Part shown: piece by piece, positions 48,563-58,343 of the stretch
Position numbering within the stretch: position 1 is the stretch's first letter
Layout: every line of letters starts with the position of its first letter
IMG/VR virus record: IMGVR_UViG_3300038679_000357
Span: 191,143-255,142 of that record
Strand: one strand, 5' to 3'
From: a virus
Lineage: Duplodnaviria; Caudoviricetes
Length of the DNA: 64,000 bases
Program-made: the position numbers and the translations under genes
Notes under the pieces: generated by a model
What the model saw: only the letters and a program-made list of their open reading frames with translations
What the model was told of the DNA's origin: nothing
The model's database searches: none

Positions 48563-49900
48563 TTACTTTCTCTTGATGATTTGAACAACATCACCGGCTT
48601 TGATCTTGTACTCAAAGGCGATAGTCGCACTTGACAGCCAGTAGACGTCATTGTTAGCGGCGGCATCGACGCCACTCAACTGAAGAACACCGTTTACGAA
48701 CACTTCATAGTTATTCACCCAATCAGCGGCAACTGTACCGAAATCCAGTCCATCTGGATTGGTGAAGGTAGAAATGTTGATTGCGGTATTGGCTGCAATT
48801 TCAGTCGCGACCACTCTTGTTGCCTTGTAACTGGCACTAGCCGCTTTCCACCCAAGAACACCGCTACCGTCAGTATAAATAACTTGACCGGCAGTTCCAT
48901 CAGTTGCTGGCAGAGTCCAAATCTGATTTGCACTCAACGCTGGCGCAACAAAGCCAACATAATTTGAATTATCGGTGTCATAAAGACGAAGATCACTACC
49001 GCCAGCGATACCGAAATCAACGCCAGATTTGAGAAGTGTGTTGGCGCGATCGGTCGTCAAATAGACCGTGGAACCGTCAACAATCTCAGCGTTGGCGTTT
49101 GAATTCAGATTGATGGTGTAATCCTTGCCAGAAGCAAGTGAGAACGATCCATCAGTATCGTGATCATACACATCTTGGAGATCAATACTTGCAAGAGCAG
49201 AGGAATCAATAAACGTAATGCTTTGATCGTAAGCTCCTTCCGGCAAGCTGTAGAAATCAGTCCTGATCTTGTAAGCATATTCGATAACCTTGTTCTCGAT
49301 ATCCGCAATGGCTACTGCCGTAATTGCTTCAGTGTCAGGGTTAAAGTATATGAACGAGATTTGACCTTGATCGTCACTAGCGGTATCACCGAACGGATTG
49401 CCGTCCGTGGCATCAGCACCAACTTGCAGCAATCCATAGATTGTATATCCACCCGAAGTAAGAATAGGCTGATTGGTAGCAGCATCTCTGATTTCCATTA
49501 CGTTACCGTTATTGGCGGCAACTGTCGTGGAATGAGATCCGATCGTTCCGACTAGTTGTGCAGTAATGGCACCAAGAGCCGTAGAACCAATGGCAATGTT
49601 ATGACCTGGCTTTGTTGCCCCAGTAAGTGCAACAAAATTTTGGCTATCAGGAACGGTTACATCGTCTGTTTTTTGCATCCAATAAAGCAACCGCTTGTCA
49701 TGGATGGCGGTAAGGTTAAAGTTATCAGTTACAGCGTCGAACCAGTCAGTTTTCCCAAGGAAAGTCTTCAACTGAGTACGAACGTAATTGAGATCTTCTT
49801 CAAGGTTGGTCGCGGTTTCGGCAGCGGACATCGTCAGCGTGTCGTCGTAAACGGTGCTGTTGATGATCTGTGTATCTTGCTGGATGAATGTCCTTGGCAT
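48563..49900 (-). CDS. Virion structural protein (fibre/collar-like)
   Basis: 445 aa; WTLPATDGTAGQVIYTDGSGVLGW fibre motif and EVFVNGVLQ C-terminal domain. Confidence 0.75.
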   Translation of the reverse strand: MPRTFIQQDTQIINSTVYDDTLTMSAAETATNLEEDLNYVRTQLKTFLGKTDWFDAVTDNFNLTAIHDKRLLYWMQKTDDVTVPDSQNFVALTGATKPGHNIAIGSTALGAITAQLVGTIGSHSTTVAANNGNVMEIRDAATNQPILTSGGYTIYGLLQVGADATDGNPFGDTASDDQGQISFIYFNPDTEAITAVAIADIENKVIEYAYKIRTDFYSLPEGAYDQSITFIDSSALASIDLQDVYDHDTDGSFSLASGKDYTINLNSNANAEIVDGSTVYLTTDRANTLLKSGVDFGIAGGSDLRLYDTDNSNYVGFVAPALSANQIWTLPATDGTAGQVIYTDGSGVLGWKAASASYKATRVVATEIAANTAINISTFTNPDGLDFGTVAADWVNNYEVFVNGVLQLSGVDAAANNDVYWLSSATIAFEYKIKAGDVVQIIKRK

Positions 49901-50131
49901 ATTCCCCTCCTGTATATTTATTCATTTCACTGACGGATTGATTTTCGTCTGATGTTTTTATTCCATCTCCTACTCCTGAAATCCTCCCCGCATGAAAAAA
50001 AATGTCAACTTTTGTCGCACGTCGAACTTAATTATGGATCTGGAGCAGATTTCCCTGGTCCTATCCGTATTTTCTTGTTTCCATTCGACTTCATTTTTTC
50101 GAGGAAAGATCCTTTCGACTCCGAAGAATAA

Positions 50132-50713
50132 TCAGGGCGGCGTGGTATTCTTGATGTAAGTGAGCGTGATCACTTCTCCCGAACGGGGAGCCGGAACGTC
50201 TGCGTGTAGTGTTACGCTCCTTTTGTTCGCAGACTCGATAAAATCTGCCGGAGGTAATGTTTGCCCGTTCAGGATGACGGCGATCTTCGCTGTCACGTAC
50301 CTCTGCCCAGCCGGTAGTGTCCACGTCTTGTTGACTCCGTCCGTAGGCTCCACTGGATAGACGTTGATTTCCGCAGAACCGCTTCCGGTTATTATGGAGA
50401 GTAAGTAGGCAACGGTTTCATCTAGCTCAGCATGAGTAACTTCTTCCCCTTTATGAGAATAATTGTACTCCAAGACCTTCAGTAGTCCACGATTGATTGC
50501 AGAGTCGATGTTTTTTAAGTAGCGCCAATGATCAGCAACTTCGACAATCTGTCCGGGCTTCAGAGTTAGGCGGAATACCTCCTCTTCTCCCTGTAACGAT
50601 TCCTGGCTGCTGATATCAAGTCTTCCTGATGTATGTTGGGCCAGCAACCTCATGCCCGGCACTCCTGTCGATATAAACGTTCGCTCCGATCTTGTCTTCG
50701 TCTTTGAACTCAA
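50132..50713 (-). CDS. Virion structural protein (likely start ATG 50653)
   Basis: PTDGVNKTWTLP...AVILNGQTL...VITLTY domain, typical of phage structural repeats; AGGAG SD before 50653. Confidence 0.6.
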   Translation of the reverse strand: MSSKTKTRSERTFISTGVPGMRLLAQHTSGRLDISSQESLQGEEEVFRLTLKPGQIVEVADHWRYLKNIDSAINRGLLKVLEYNYSHKGEEVTHAELDETVAYLLSIITGSGSAEINVYPVEPTDGVNKTWTLPAGQRYVTAKIAVILNGQTLPPADFIESANKRSVTLHADVPAPRSGEVITLTYIKNTTPP

Positions 50714-51314
50714 GATCTCCCTTGATGGAATCAGAGCATGATTTGAATTCCGGTCCGATATCGTTTACGCCTATTTTTCCGTCATAGTAGCGTTCTCGGA
50801 CTTTTTTTGCCTTTTTTACCATTTCATCGTAAGCTTCGGAGGCATCCTTTGCATTGTCTGGTAGGAAATAAACGTTACGCTTCATCATGAACCTACCGAG
50901 ATATCCTTCCCGGACGTAAGCACAGACAAGAAGTAATGATTTACCGTTTTTTGATATGGAGTCTTTCGACACATCAATAAATATATGTGAATCATCCACT
51001 CTCTTTGATGCTATTTTAATCGTCTCGTCTTTTGACCCTCGTCCGTCTTCTTCTGCTGCTGTTTTTTGAAGTTGAGACGCTGCAGCCAGGCGCTTTAGAA
51101 GTTCGCCGATATCAATATTTGCCACGACCCCCATCCCGGCGAGTGCCTCCGCAACTACTTTAAGAACATCTGATTGCCCAGACGAAGCTGTTTTGACTAG
51201 GCTGAGGTCAATAGAACCTATAACGTCCAATATGTGAGCCCCTTTTGCTATGTCGGTAATTTTATGCTTTTGTGATTCACCAAAAGCCCACCCATTGCTA
51301 TTTCCTATGATCAT
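50616..51314 (-). CDS. Hypothetical protein with three K-x-A motifs (candidate internal head protein)
   Basis: LVKTAS, LQKTAA and IKIAS. Confidence 0.65.
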   Translation of the reverse strand: MIIGNSNGWAFGESQKHKITDIAKGAHILDVIGSIDLSLVKTASSGQSDVLKVVAEALAGMGVVANIDIGELLKRLAAASQLQKTAAEEDGRGSKDETIKIASKRVDDSHIFIDVSKDSISKNGKSLLLVCAYVREGYLGRFMMKRNVYFLPDNAKDASEAYDEMVKKAKKVRERYYDGKIGVNDIGPEFKSCSDSIKGDLEFKDEDKIGANVYIDRSAGHEVAGPTYIRKT

Positions 51315-52153
51315 GGTTCAATCATCCTATCGAAGCGTTCAAGTTCGTCTGAATGCATCTTTCCACCTTTCTGACTTCGCTTCTTCTCTCGATAGATGTT
51401 TCCAACTCGCTTTTCAATATTTTGCAAAAGTCGGTAATTATCTTCTACCCATGATACAACGTCATTAAATTCACCACGCTTTCGTTCACGTCCAGTGGCG
51501 TCCGGCGCTACCCATTCTCCGTCTCTTTTTTCAATGACAAAAATCATATCTTTCCTAACAGACGGACCCCAAAAAATTATTTGGTTTTCTTCATCACCAG
51601 AATGGTAAGCGTTTACTCCGCCAGCCCAAAAAACAACAGCATGTTTTCCATATTTTGATTTACTGGCGGCAAAATCAGCGTCTCTCGTTCCAGTTTCAAA
51701 CGCAAAATTAAATCCAGGCTCTCTTTTTCTTGCCTGTTCCGATTTCCACGTTGTTAAACCAAGACCAATGGTGTCTGGATGACCGTACATAAACCCATCA
51801 CTTGCAATTGAGTCTGGATCGTTTGTAAAATGAACCAGCCACCCCGGCTTTTCTATTTTTGCGCCACTGAAGTATTCAGTGGCTGGGCGATCAGCACCAT
51901 ACATTTCATGACTATGCTTAGAAATATATTCTTTGAATTCTTCTAATGTTTTTTGATCGGCATTATCTAACCATGCTTGTTTGTCGAAATCGTCATCATG
52001 TTCGATTCCTTCGGAATCAAGAAAATTTTCCACCTGATCGTAGTATACGTGTGGATCAAATCCAGTATTCAGATATTTATTAAGAAACCCAATATCGGCA
52101 TTGTATGCGTATTTTTCCAGCCAGTCCATTTTTGCAATCCTTGATTTTTCCAT
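51311..52153 (-). CDS. Putative ADP-ribosyltransferase-fold protein with MDWLEK leader
   Basis: LVHFT...I...GF, GFNFAF, KYG, GDEENQ resemble the ART H/aromatic/E pattern. Confidence 0.45.
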   Translation of the reverse strand: MEKSRIAKMDWLEKYAYNADIGFLNKYLNTGFDPHVYYDQVENFLDSEGIEHDDDFDKQAWLDNADQKTLEEFKEYISKHSHEMYGADRPATEYFSGAKIEKPGWLVHFTNDPDSIASDGFMYGHPDTIGLGLTTWKSEQARKREPGFNFAFETGTRDADFAASKSKYGKHAVVFWAGGVNAYHSGDEENQIIFWGPSVRKDMIFVIEKRDGEWVAPDATGRERKRGEFNDVVSWVEDNYRLLQNIEKRVGNIYREKKRSQKGGKMHSDELERFDRMIEP

Positions 52154-52164
52154 AGCTATTCACA

Positions 52165-52199
52165 AAAATAGCCCGCCCACCCTCTTGAGGGTGGGCGGG
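52165..52199 (-). terminator. Rho-independent terminator
   Basis: 13-bp inverted repeat CCCGCCCACCCTC-TT-GAGGGTGGGCGGG followed by TATTTTTG on the minus strand. Confidence 0.85.
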
Positions 52200-52218
52200 A
52201 TTGCAAAAAATGGAGTGA

Positions 52219-52503
52219 TCAAATTCCGTTGAATTCGATGAAACCACTGGAGTTCAAGTATTTAATCAATTCTGGAGTTGCTCTCGCTACAACTGCCGAA
52301 GTGATGATCAGCATATTTCCCTCAGCCTGTATTGTTGCTGGTCTGAATCCAGGCGATTCAAGAGTTATGTGCTCAAGATCACTGCGAGACATTTTAGAGA
52401 CGAGTGAACACATGTCAGAGACCGTCGAAGCGGGAGATCCACTTCGTAAGCAGACCTCCCACTCCATCTTAACGCTTAATCCTGCTGCGGAGTAGTATTT
52501 CAT
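52219..52503 (-). CDS. Hypothetical protein
   Basis: 94 aa with an ATGA overlap with the vWA gene. Confidence 0.55.
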   Translation of the reverse strand: MKYYSAAGLSVKMEWEVCLRSGSPASTVSDMCSLVSKMSRSDLEHITLESPGFRPATIQAEGNMLIITSAVVARATPELIKYLNSSGFIEFNGI

Positions 52504-54923
52504 TCTTCAGTCGAGATTGATTCTTTGCTCGCAGCGATTTTCTCGACACCTTTCTGTGTTGAGAAATATTTGGACTTTTTGAAGAGAGAAACGATGGCGT
52601 CGCCAACTTTGAAAAAGGTTCCTTCTTCAATTTCTAACTTCTTCAAAGCAATCTCCGGATACTTTTGTTTCAACTCGTCAGCGGAAGCAAACATTTCAAC
52701 GGGGACGTCATCTGGCATCAGCCCAGTAGAGCTGACGTAGAAAACGAATGGAGACACGCTATCGCGCCACATTGTATTTTCTGCATCTGCGGCAAGAGCC
52801 TTAACCGCAACCAACTTAGCCGGATTTCTTGATGAAATGGCTTCAGAAAGTCCGTTGATCCCGTATTTTTGTTCCATTTCCTTGATGACTTTGATCGGCG
52901 ATAACCCAACAAGCTCGTCAAAGAGAATCTTTTGGAACTCATCAGCCTTGGTCGTCTTACTCCTGGCGGACAAGACTTTGTTTGTGTACTTAGTTCCAGA
53001 CAACCAGGTGTCAACAACGTTGTCTTTATCTGTTTCAGGAACATAGCACCGCTCAATAAATTCCTTTGTTGACCTGAATTTATCGGTGCTCTGAATGGTG
53101 GTGTTGCCAATTTCAACCGAGAAGATTGTCCTTGAGTCAATTTCACCGTCAGAAATAGCCTGCTTTAAGTCCGTATACGGGTTTGTAGACGGCATATTGA
53201 TATACAGGGCTGGAGACAAGCAATGCGCTTTCAATGCCGCGATTTGTGTCTCGTCATAGTCGGATGATTTTCCTTGACTCATGTAGTCGATGAATTTCGA
53301 CAGCATGGACAGCTTTGCTAATTCCTCGAAGGGTGGCAAAGATGAAATCTTTTCGGAAAAACCACATACCGGCATACCATCAAGAACAATGGTATAATCG
53401 ATTTCCGAAGAAAAGTCACAATCTGAGCCAAAAACACCAATACTTTTCAGCTCTTCAAAAACCGCCTTCGAAGCGATTCGTACAACCAATTTTTTCAAGT
53501 TTACTTCACCGTCTCCAACAACGGTATATTGCTTGAAATCGGTCAGATCCAATCGGATTCCAGCGACGGTCGGAATTTCCTTACGAGTTTTGCGATCAAC
53601 CAATTTCACCTTTTGCGGGATCTTCATATTGACTGTCGCGTTGCTGCGGTTGATGTCAAAAGAGCCAATAGGAACATATTCCGACTTGGAGACGTATTCA
53701 GTATCCACGGTCGGTGGAACAAGGCTACCATCTTCCGCTCTGGTTCCAGCAAGGCGCTTGACACCACGCCTGGAATAGTTGGAAATCGTCTGAGGAAGAT
53801 TGAGGGATATGTGCTTGGTGTTTCTCCCAATAATGCGGATAACATCAAGTACAGAGGCACCACAATCGATTTTAGGGTTCTCTGTGACCTTGTAAACTTT
53901 GTCGGTGAACAAGAAGTTATCGATATCTTCGCACATGTCGGCAATCTGCCTGGAAGACAGTGCCTTATAGTGCTTGGTATAGATTTCACTCAACCCAGTG
54001 GAAAGCATGGCATATTTGGCTTCATTGAGCTTGCCAATCGAAAGAAGATAGCGGCATAACGCCCCCATAACAAAGGCACGCTCGCTTGGATCACCGTTAT
54101 TTGCTCCAGCGTCAACATATTTGATGCGAATGGCAACCGCATCACCTTCACCAGCACCTTTGACGGTCAAATTTCCGTCAGCTCCAACAATTTTGCGGTT
54201 GTTTTTATTGACGTAAAGAATATGATCAGCTCCATTGGATGGCAACTCAATCGGAGTGGAAATACCAGAGGCAAGAGTGCTGCCGGATTGCTTCATTGCG
54301 TCATAAACGTCCTTTGTTTTGGTTGCCTTGACGCACATACCAGAAACGGATGAGGATATTTTCGACAAGAATTGGAAGTCCGAATATTCGGAGTAGGCGA
54401 TAGTGTTGATGAACACGTTCCGCTTTGAAAGGCGTTCGCAAATCGATTCCATCGACTTGAATTCACGACTTGGGCTTGGATCGTTGGCGTATCCATCGCT
54501 GTGCAGTGTAATCGCAGTGACCTCGTCGTCGCGGATCAATCCTTCGGCAACACAAACGGACTGAGAAATACAGGTAAGACAAGTTGCCCTGATCTTTCGA
54601 ATTTGTTCAAGTTGCTTTGAGCCTGTTTTAACAACTGTGGAGACTGGAAGCCGTTCAAAATGAACGGTAACGTCTCCGTCGGATGAGTAGGAAACCAGGG
54701 AGACCAACATGTCAGGTGTTTCGTACTCGGTAACGGTGAGAACCTTAATGACGGTCTCTTTCAAATCTTCAATACTGCCGTGCATGGACCCGGAGCGATC
54801 GGCGATGATGATATGATGGGCTACAGATGGTTTTCCGCCCTGAGATTGCTTTTCAACGCGAGAAATTTCATAAGAGATGTGTTTTTTCGGAGCCCCCGAA
54901 AAGTCATAAATGGTGGCGTTCAT
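52500..54923 (-). CDS. von Willebrand factor A domain protein with large uncharacterised C-terminal region
   Basis: MIDAS DRSGS, ATCLT, TLHSDGYAND. Confidence 0.85.
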   Translation of the reverse strand: MNATIYDFSGAPKKHISYEISRVEKQSQGGKPSVAHHIIIADRSGSMHGSIEDLKETVIKVLTVTEYETPDMLVSLVSYSSDGDVTVHFERLPVSTVVKTGSKQLEQIRKIRATCLTCISQSVCVAEGLIRDDEVTAITLHSDGYANDPSPSREFKSMESICERLSKRNVFINTIAYSEYSDFQFLSKISSSVSGMCVKATKTKDVYDAMKQSGSTLASGISTPIELPSNGADHILYVNKNNRKIVGADGNLTVKGAGEGDAVAIRIKYVDAGANNGDPSERAFVMGALCRYLLSIGKLNEAKYAMLSTGLSEIYTKHYKALSSRQIADMCEDIDNFLFTDKVYKVTENPKIDCGASVLDVIRIIGRNTKHISLNLPQTISNYSRRGVKRLAGTRAEDGSLVPPTVDTEYVSKSEYVPIGSFDINRSNATVNMKIPQKVKLVDRKTRKEIPTVAGIRLDLTDFKQYTVVGDGEVNLKKLVVRIASKAVFEELKSIGVFGSDCDFSSEIDYTIVLDGMPVCGFSEKISSLPPFEELAKLSMLSKFIDYMSQGKSSDYDETQIAALKAHCLSPALYINMPSTNPYTDLKQAISDGEIDSRTIFSVEIGNTTIQSTDKFRSTKEFIERCYVPETDKDNVVDTWLSGTKYTNKVLSARSKTTKADEFQKILFDELVGLSPIKVIKEMEQKYGINGLSEAISSRNPAKLVAVKALAADAENTMWRDSVSPFVFYVSSTGLMPDDVPVEMFASADELKQKYPEIALKKLEIEEGTFFKVGDAIVSLFKKSKYFSTQKGVEKIAASKESISTEE

Positions 54924-55019
54924 TTTGAGGAATTCCCATTTTTAGTTCAAGTGAGACGGAAGTCGTCCACTCAATGTATCTATGGGAACTTGACTTTCAA
55001 CAACAATATGATAATTTTT

Positions 55020-55355
55020 CTATTCGATATCGCCTACCGGAATGTCTTTTTTGAACTTGTTTTCTGCTTCTTCGAGGTAGTCATAGTATTTTTCGTGTTC
55101 AGTAAGATGATCGAGAGAAATTTCTTCACGGATAGCTGGGTCATCGGAATGTTCTTTCTCGACTTCCATCCCTTTTTCTAGTTGCTCTTCAATTTGATCT
55201 GAAGAAACCTCATGTTTTTCAGCTATATCGTTCACATCCATTCCGTCGGCTTCTCCGCCGCGCAACTCGATCCAGTTATTTTCTTTACCGATCTGCTCCC
55301 ATTCTTTGCGAGTTATGGAGAGTGATGACGAATCCTTTGCGATAATAATTTTCAT
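55020..55355 (-). CDS. DUF5661-like protein with a conserved N-terminal leader
   Basis: GMEVEKEH.....EEISLDHLTEHEKYYDYL; leader MKIIIA...SITRKEWEQIGKENNW. Confidence 0.7.
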   Translation of the reverse strand: MKIIIAKDSSSLSITRKEWEQIGKENNWIELRGGEADGMDVNDIAEKHEVSSDQIEEQLEKGMEVEKEHSDDPAIREEISLDHLTEHEKYYDYLEEAENKFKKDIPVGDIE

Positions 55356-55449
55356 TTTTCACCCCTTTTTACTAATTATATGCCTTCTTCGTGTAGAAAA
55401 ATCCTTTTTTCGATGTATAATCAAGCAAACAAAAACCATAGAGAGAAAA

Positions 55450-57603
55450 ATGCATTCATTTAACGGTTTTTTATCATTTGAAAAGTCACCCCTTCCATAT
55501 GATGAAGGCGATAATGATCGTAATATTCCTATTATGGAGAGGATTCCAAAAAGAAAAGACAAATTAATGGAAATGGCGGCGTATCTAAAGACAAAATTTT
55601 TTGGCATTGATCAGCAAATAGATGAAGTCGTATCGATGATGTTTTCATGGTACACTGTCCCCGAAATAATGTTTAGACCAACTATTATTAATTTGTGGGG
55701 AGTGACAGGAGTTGGTAAAACTGATCTCGTTAGGAATATAGTTGATTTTCTTAATATGAATAATCATTATGCTGAGTTAAAGATGTCTAATCATAATGGA
55801 GATAGTGATTCTAGTTTTGAAAATAGACCATTCACGACGAAGCCGGGCGGATTGGAGCGAATGTTGAGAACTATTGATGATTATTGCGGAAGAGGAATTT
55901 TAATGCTGGATGAATTTCAAAGATTCCGCACTAAAACTGGCATGGGAGAAGAAGTAGATCATGGTTCGTATAGCGATATTTGGACATTGATGTCAGATGG
56001 TCGGTTTGCATCAAATCCTTCTGATGATTTCATAGAAGATTTATTTGATCGTCTTGAGAACCGCGATGAAGACGATCAAAATATCTTTACGTATAGTCAG
56101 AAAGACATGACTATAAAAAGATGGCGAGATAAATTTACTGAAACATGTCCATGGATCGACATTGATCGTTATTGTAGAGAGAAGAAATACGTGAATTCCA
56201 TGTATGCTGAATTCATTGTAGATGTTCTCCACGGCGAGAGTGGAGTCGATATACCTCATGATATTCATGATGTTAATGAAATAAATGATTTTTTAATTCA
56301 AGTGAGGTCAACGAAGGTATTTGAAAGAAAAAATGATTATTCAAAATTACTTATATTTGTTAGTGGAAACTTAGATGAGGCATTTCGATTTGCCACCTGT
56401 GTTGAGTCTTGTAATTATGACGCAGATAGCATTTACCGAATGTCTAAAAACGTAAACATTTTAGATATAAAAAAGGCGCTGTCAGAGCGTTTCTCTCCTG
56501 AACATATTTCAAGACTTGGAAACAATCACGTCATTTATCCGACATTGCATTCAGAAGCATTTCGCAAAATCATTTCAACGGAACTGAATAGAGTTTCAAA
56601 AATGATTTTTGAAAAATGCGGAATGATGTTTTTTTTCGATTACACTGTGGAAAATATGTTATATGAAAACGGTGTTTATCCAGTGCAGGGCGCGAGACCG
56701 GTGTTGACGACAATTGGATCATTTATCTCTATTGTCGTCCCAGACCTGGTTATTTCATTCGTGGAATTGGTTGGAGCACTGCCAGATAAAGACCTTATGG
56801 GCAGCCATGAAATATTGGTGTCGTATGAAAAAAATGTTATTACAGCCACATTAAATGGAATTAACAAAACATTCTCGTATGCCCCTCAATTATACGCATT
56901 AAAGAACGGCAAGAATGATTCTGACATTTTGTCCGTTATGTCCGTGCATGAAGCGGCACATTGCGTTTTGAGCGTTGTCGCCCAGGGGCAGTATCCTGAG
57001 TATATTTCAGTAACTCCAGATGGAAAGTCAGCCATTACGGTATGCGGTGGCAGCAGAGCATTTTTGAAGGCTAAAATAGCGCAGTGTGCTGTATCATTTG
57101 CAGGAGTAGCGGCTGAAAAAGCTGTTTTTGGTAAAAATTATGTAACCTCTGGCTCGGCGTCCGATATACATGATGCAACTTCAGTAGTGTGCGATGTCGT
57201 TAGAAGGTTTGGAATTATAGCTGGATTTCAAACGGCAGTAAAATCTGAATACAGCGATGATGCCGATGAGTTTGATACAGAGATATCAAAAACAAATGAA
57301 AAAGTGCAATCCATAATTAACATTATCTCAAGTTGGGTCGATTCAATAGTGCGAAACAATCTTACCCCTATAGTTATACTTGCTGCAGAAATAAAAAAAT
57401 CTGGCGGCATCGTACACCAAAAAAGAATAATTGAAGTTATTGGGGAATATGTCTCAGTTTACGTTAGAGAAAATAAATACAATACGTCATTCATGCTTGA
57501 TGAAGCTATTAAGTGCGTAAAGGGCGGCGAAGGGGATTTTATGAAGAAAGTCAATGAAATGAAAGATCCACTGGATGAGCTGGTGGGACAAATAATCGGT
57601 TAA
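55450..57603 (+). CDS. Clp/AAA_2-type ATPase fused to an M41 (FtsH-like) metallopeptidase domain, no TM segments
   Basis: WGVTGVGKT, LMLDEFQR, FSPEHISRLG, GARPV; then HEAAH, AGVAAEKAVFG, SGSASDI. Start 55450 is chosen because 55306 overlaps an opposite-strand gene and TGTATAAT lies at 55414-55421. Confidence 0.85.
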   Translation: MHSFNGFLSFEKSPLPYDEGDNDRNIPIMERIPKRKDKLMEMAAYLKTKFFGIDQQIDEVVSMMFSWYTVPEIMFRPTIINLWGVTGVGKTDLVRNIVDFLNMNNHYAELKMSNHNGDSDSSFENRPFTTKPGGLERMLRTIDDYCGRGILMLDEFQRFRTKTGMGEEVDHGSYSDIWTLMSDGRFASNPSDDFIEDLFDRLENRDEDDQNIFTYSQKDMTIKRWRDKFTETCPWIDIDRYCREKKYVNSMYAEFIVDVLHGESGVDIPHDIHDVNEINDFLIQVRSTKVFERKNDYSKLLIFVSGNLDEAFRFATCVESCNYDADSIYRMSKNVNILDIKKALSERFSPEHISRLGNNHVIYPTLHSEAFRKIISTELNRVSKMIFEKCGMMFFFDYTVENMLYENGVYPVQGARPVLTTIGSFISIVVPDLVISFVELVGALPDKDLMGSHEILVSYEKNVITATLNGINKTFSYAPQLYALKNGKNDSDILSVMSVHEAAHCVLSVVAQGQYPEYISVTPDGKSAITVCGGSRAFLKAKIAQCAVSFAGVAAEKAVFGKNYVTSGSASDIHDATSVVCDVVRRFGIIAGFQTAVKSEYSDDADEFDTEISKTNEKVQSIINIISSWVDSIVRNNLTPIVILAAEIKKSGGIVHQKRIIEVIGEYVSVYVRENKYNTSFMLDEAIKCVKGGEGDFMKKVNEMKDPLDELVGQIIG

Positions 57604-57605
57604 AA

Positions 57606-58313
57606 TTGAGAGATAAAATGGGCTGGAACGAGAAATTCATAAAGATGGCGGGTGTAATTGATCAAGTCGACGCAGCCGCTGGGCGTCCAATCACGAGGGA
57701 TTATTTACTAAACCTCATGAAAAATGACAAGAAAGGGTATGAGGAATTTATTCAATACGTAAAGAAAGTCGTCATGGAAAAAATAAGACATGGCGATGAG
57801 ACAATTGACAAAGCTATTCTTTCCAAAATGATCAAAGAGGTGGTTGCCAGGTTCTTAAATAGAACTGATGCAGATGTGGCGGCAGCCAAAATGGAAAAAG
57901 AACGAAAGATGGCTGAATTGGCTGAAAAAGCCAAGGCTAAGGAAAGAGAGAATCCATCCGCCCATCTCGACGATCATCAGGAGTATGTTCAATATGGGGA
58001 TAATGACATTAAAAAAATTCGAGATAAGTTTCCACAATTGCCAAAAGGTATTCCGATTGCTACTCCGCTGATTAAAAACCCAACAAGAGGATATCGAGGA
58101 CCGTCTACTCGGGAAAATGATCCGACAATCGTCCTTAAACGAAAGGCAAACAATGAAATATGCCTAAATCATCCAGCAAATGGCAAGCTATGTATGTGCG
58201 ACAATCGCATAGCCAGAGTATGTCAATGTATCGCTGACTCACGTGGAGGGGAGTGCGCTGTCGTTAGATATGTTGATAACGGCGAAATTGACATGGCCAT
58301 TCTTGATTGGTGA
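57606..58313 (+). CDS. Hypothetical protein with MGWNEK leader and Cys-rich C-terminus
   Basis: MGWNEKFIKMAG; C-x-C and C-Q-C clusters. Confidence 0.65.
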   Translation: MRDKMGWNEKFIKMAGVIDQVDAAAGRPITRDYLLNLMKNDKKGYEEFIQYVKKVVMEKIRHGDETIDKAILSKMIKEVVARFLNRTDADVAAAKMEKERKMAELAEKAKAKERENPSAHLDDHQEYVQYGDNDIKKIRDKFPQLPKGIPIATPLIKNPTRGYRGPSTRENDPTIVLKRKANNEICLNHPANGKLCMCDNRIARVCQCIADSRGGECAVVRYVDNGEIDMAILDW

Positions 58314-58335
58314 AGGGATTTTCCCCTCATTTGTT
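58311..58335 (+). terminator. Weak terminator-like hairpin overlapping the promoter-like motif
   Basis: TGAAGGGA-TTT-TCCCCTCA followed by TTTGTTGT. Confidence 0.35.
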
Positions 58336-58343
58336 GTAAAATA

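Noticed and set aside
49901-50131. tRNA, riboswitch or other structured ncRNA in the 230-bp gap
   Set aside because: No cloverleaf or strong stems are present, only a 4-bp stem and tiny ORFs. No tRNA was recognised anywhere in the window.
55306-55449. Hydrophobic N-terminus suggesting an FtsH-like membrane anchor
   Set aside because: This extension overlaps the opposite-strand gene and its promoter region. A better start with SD and -10 lies at 55450.
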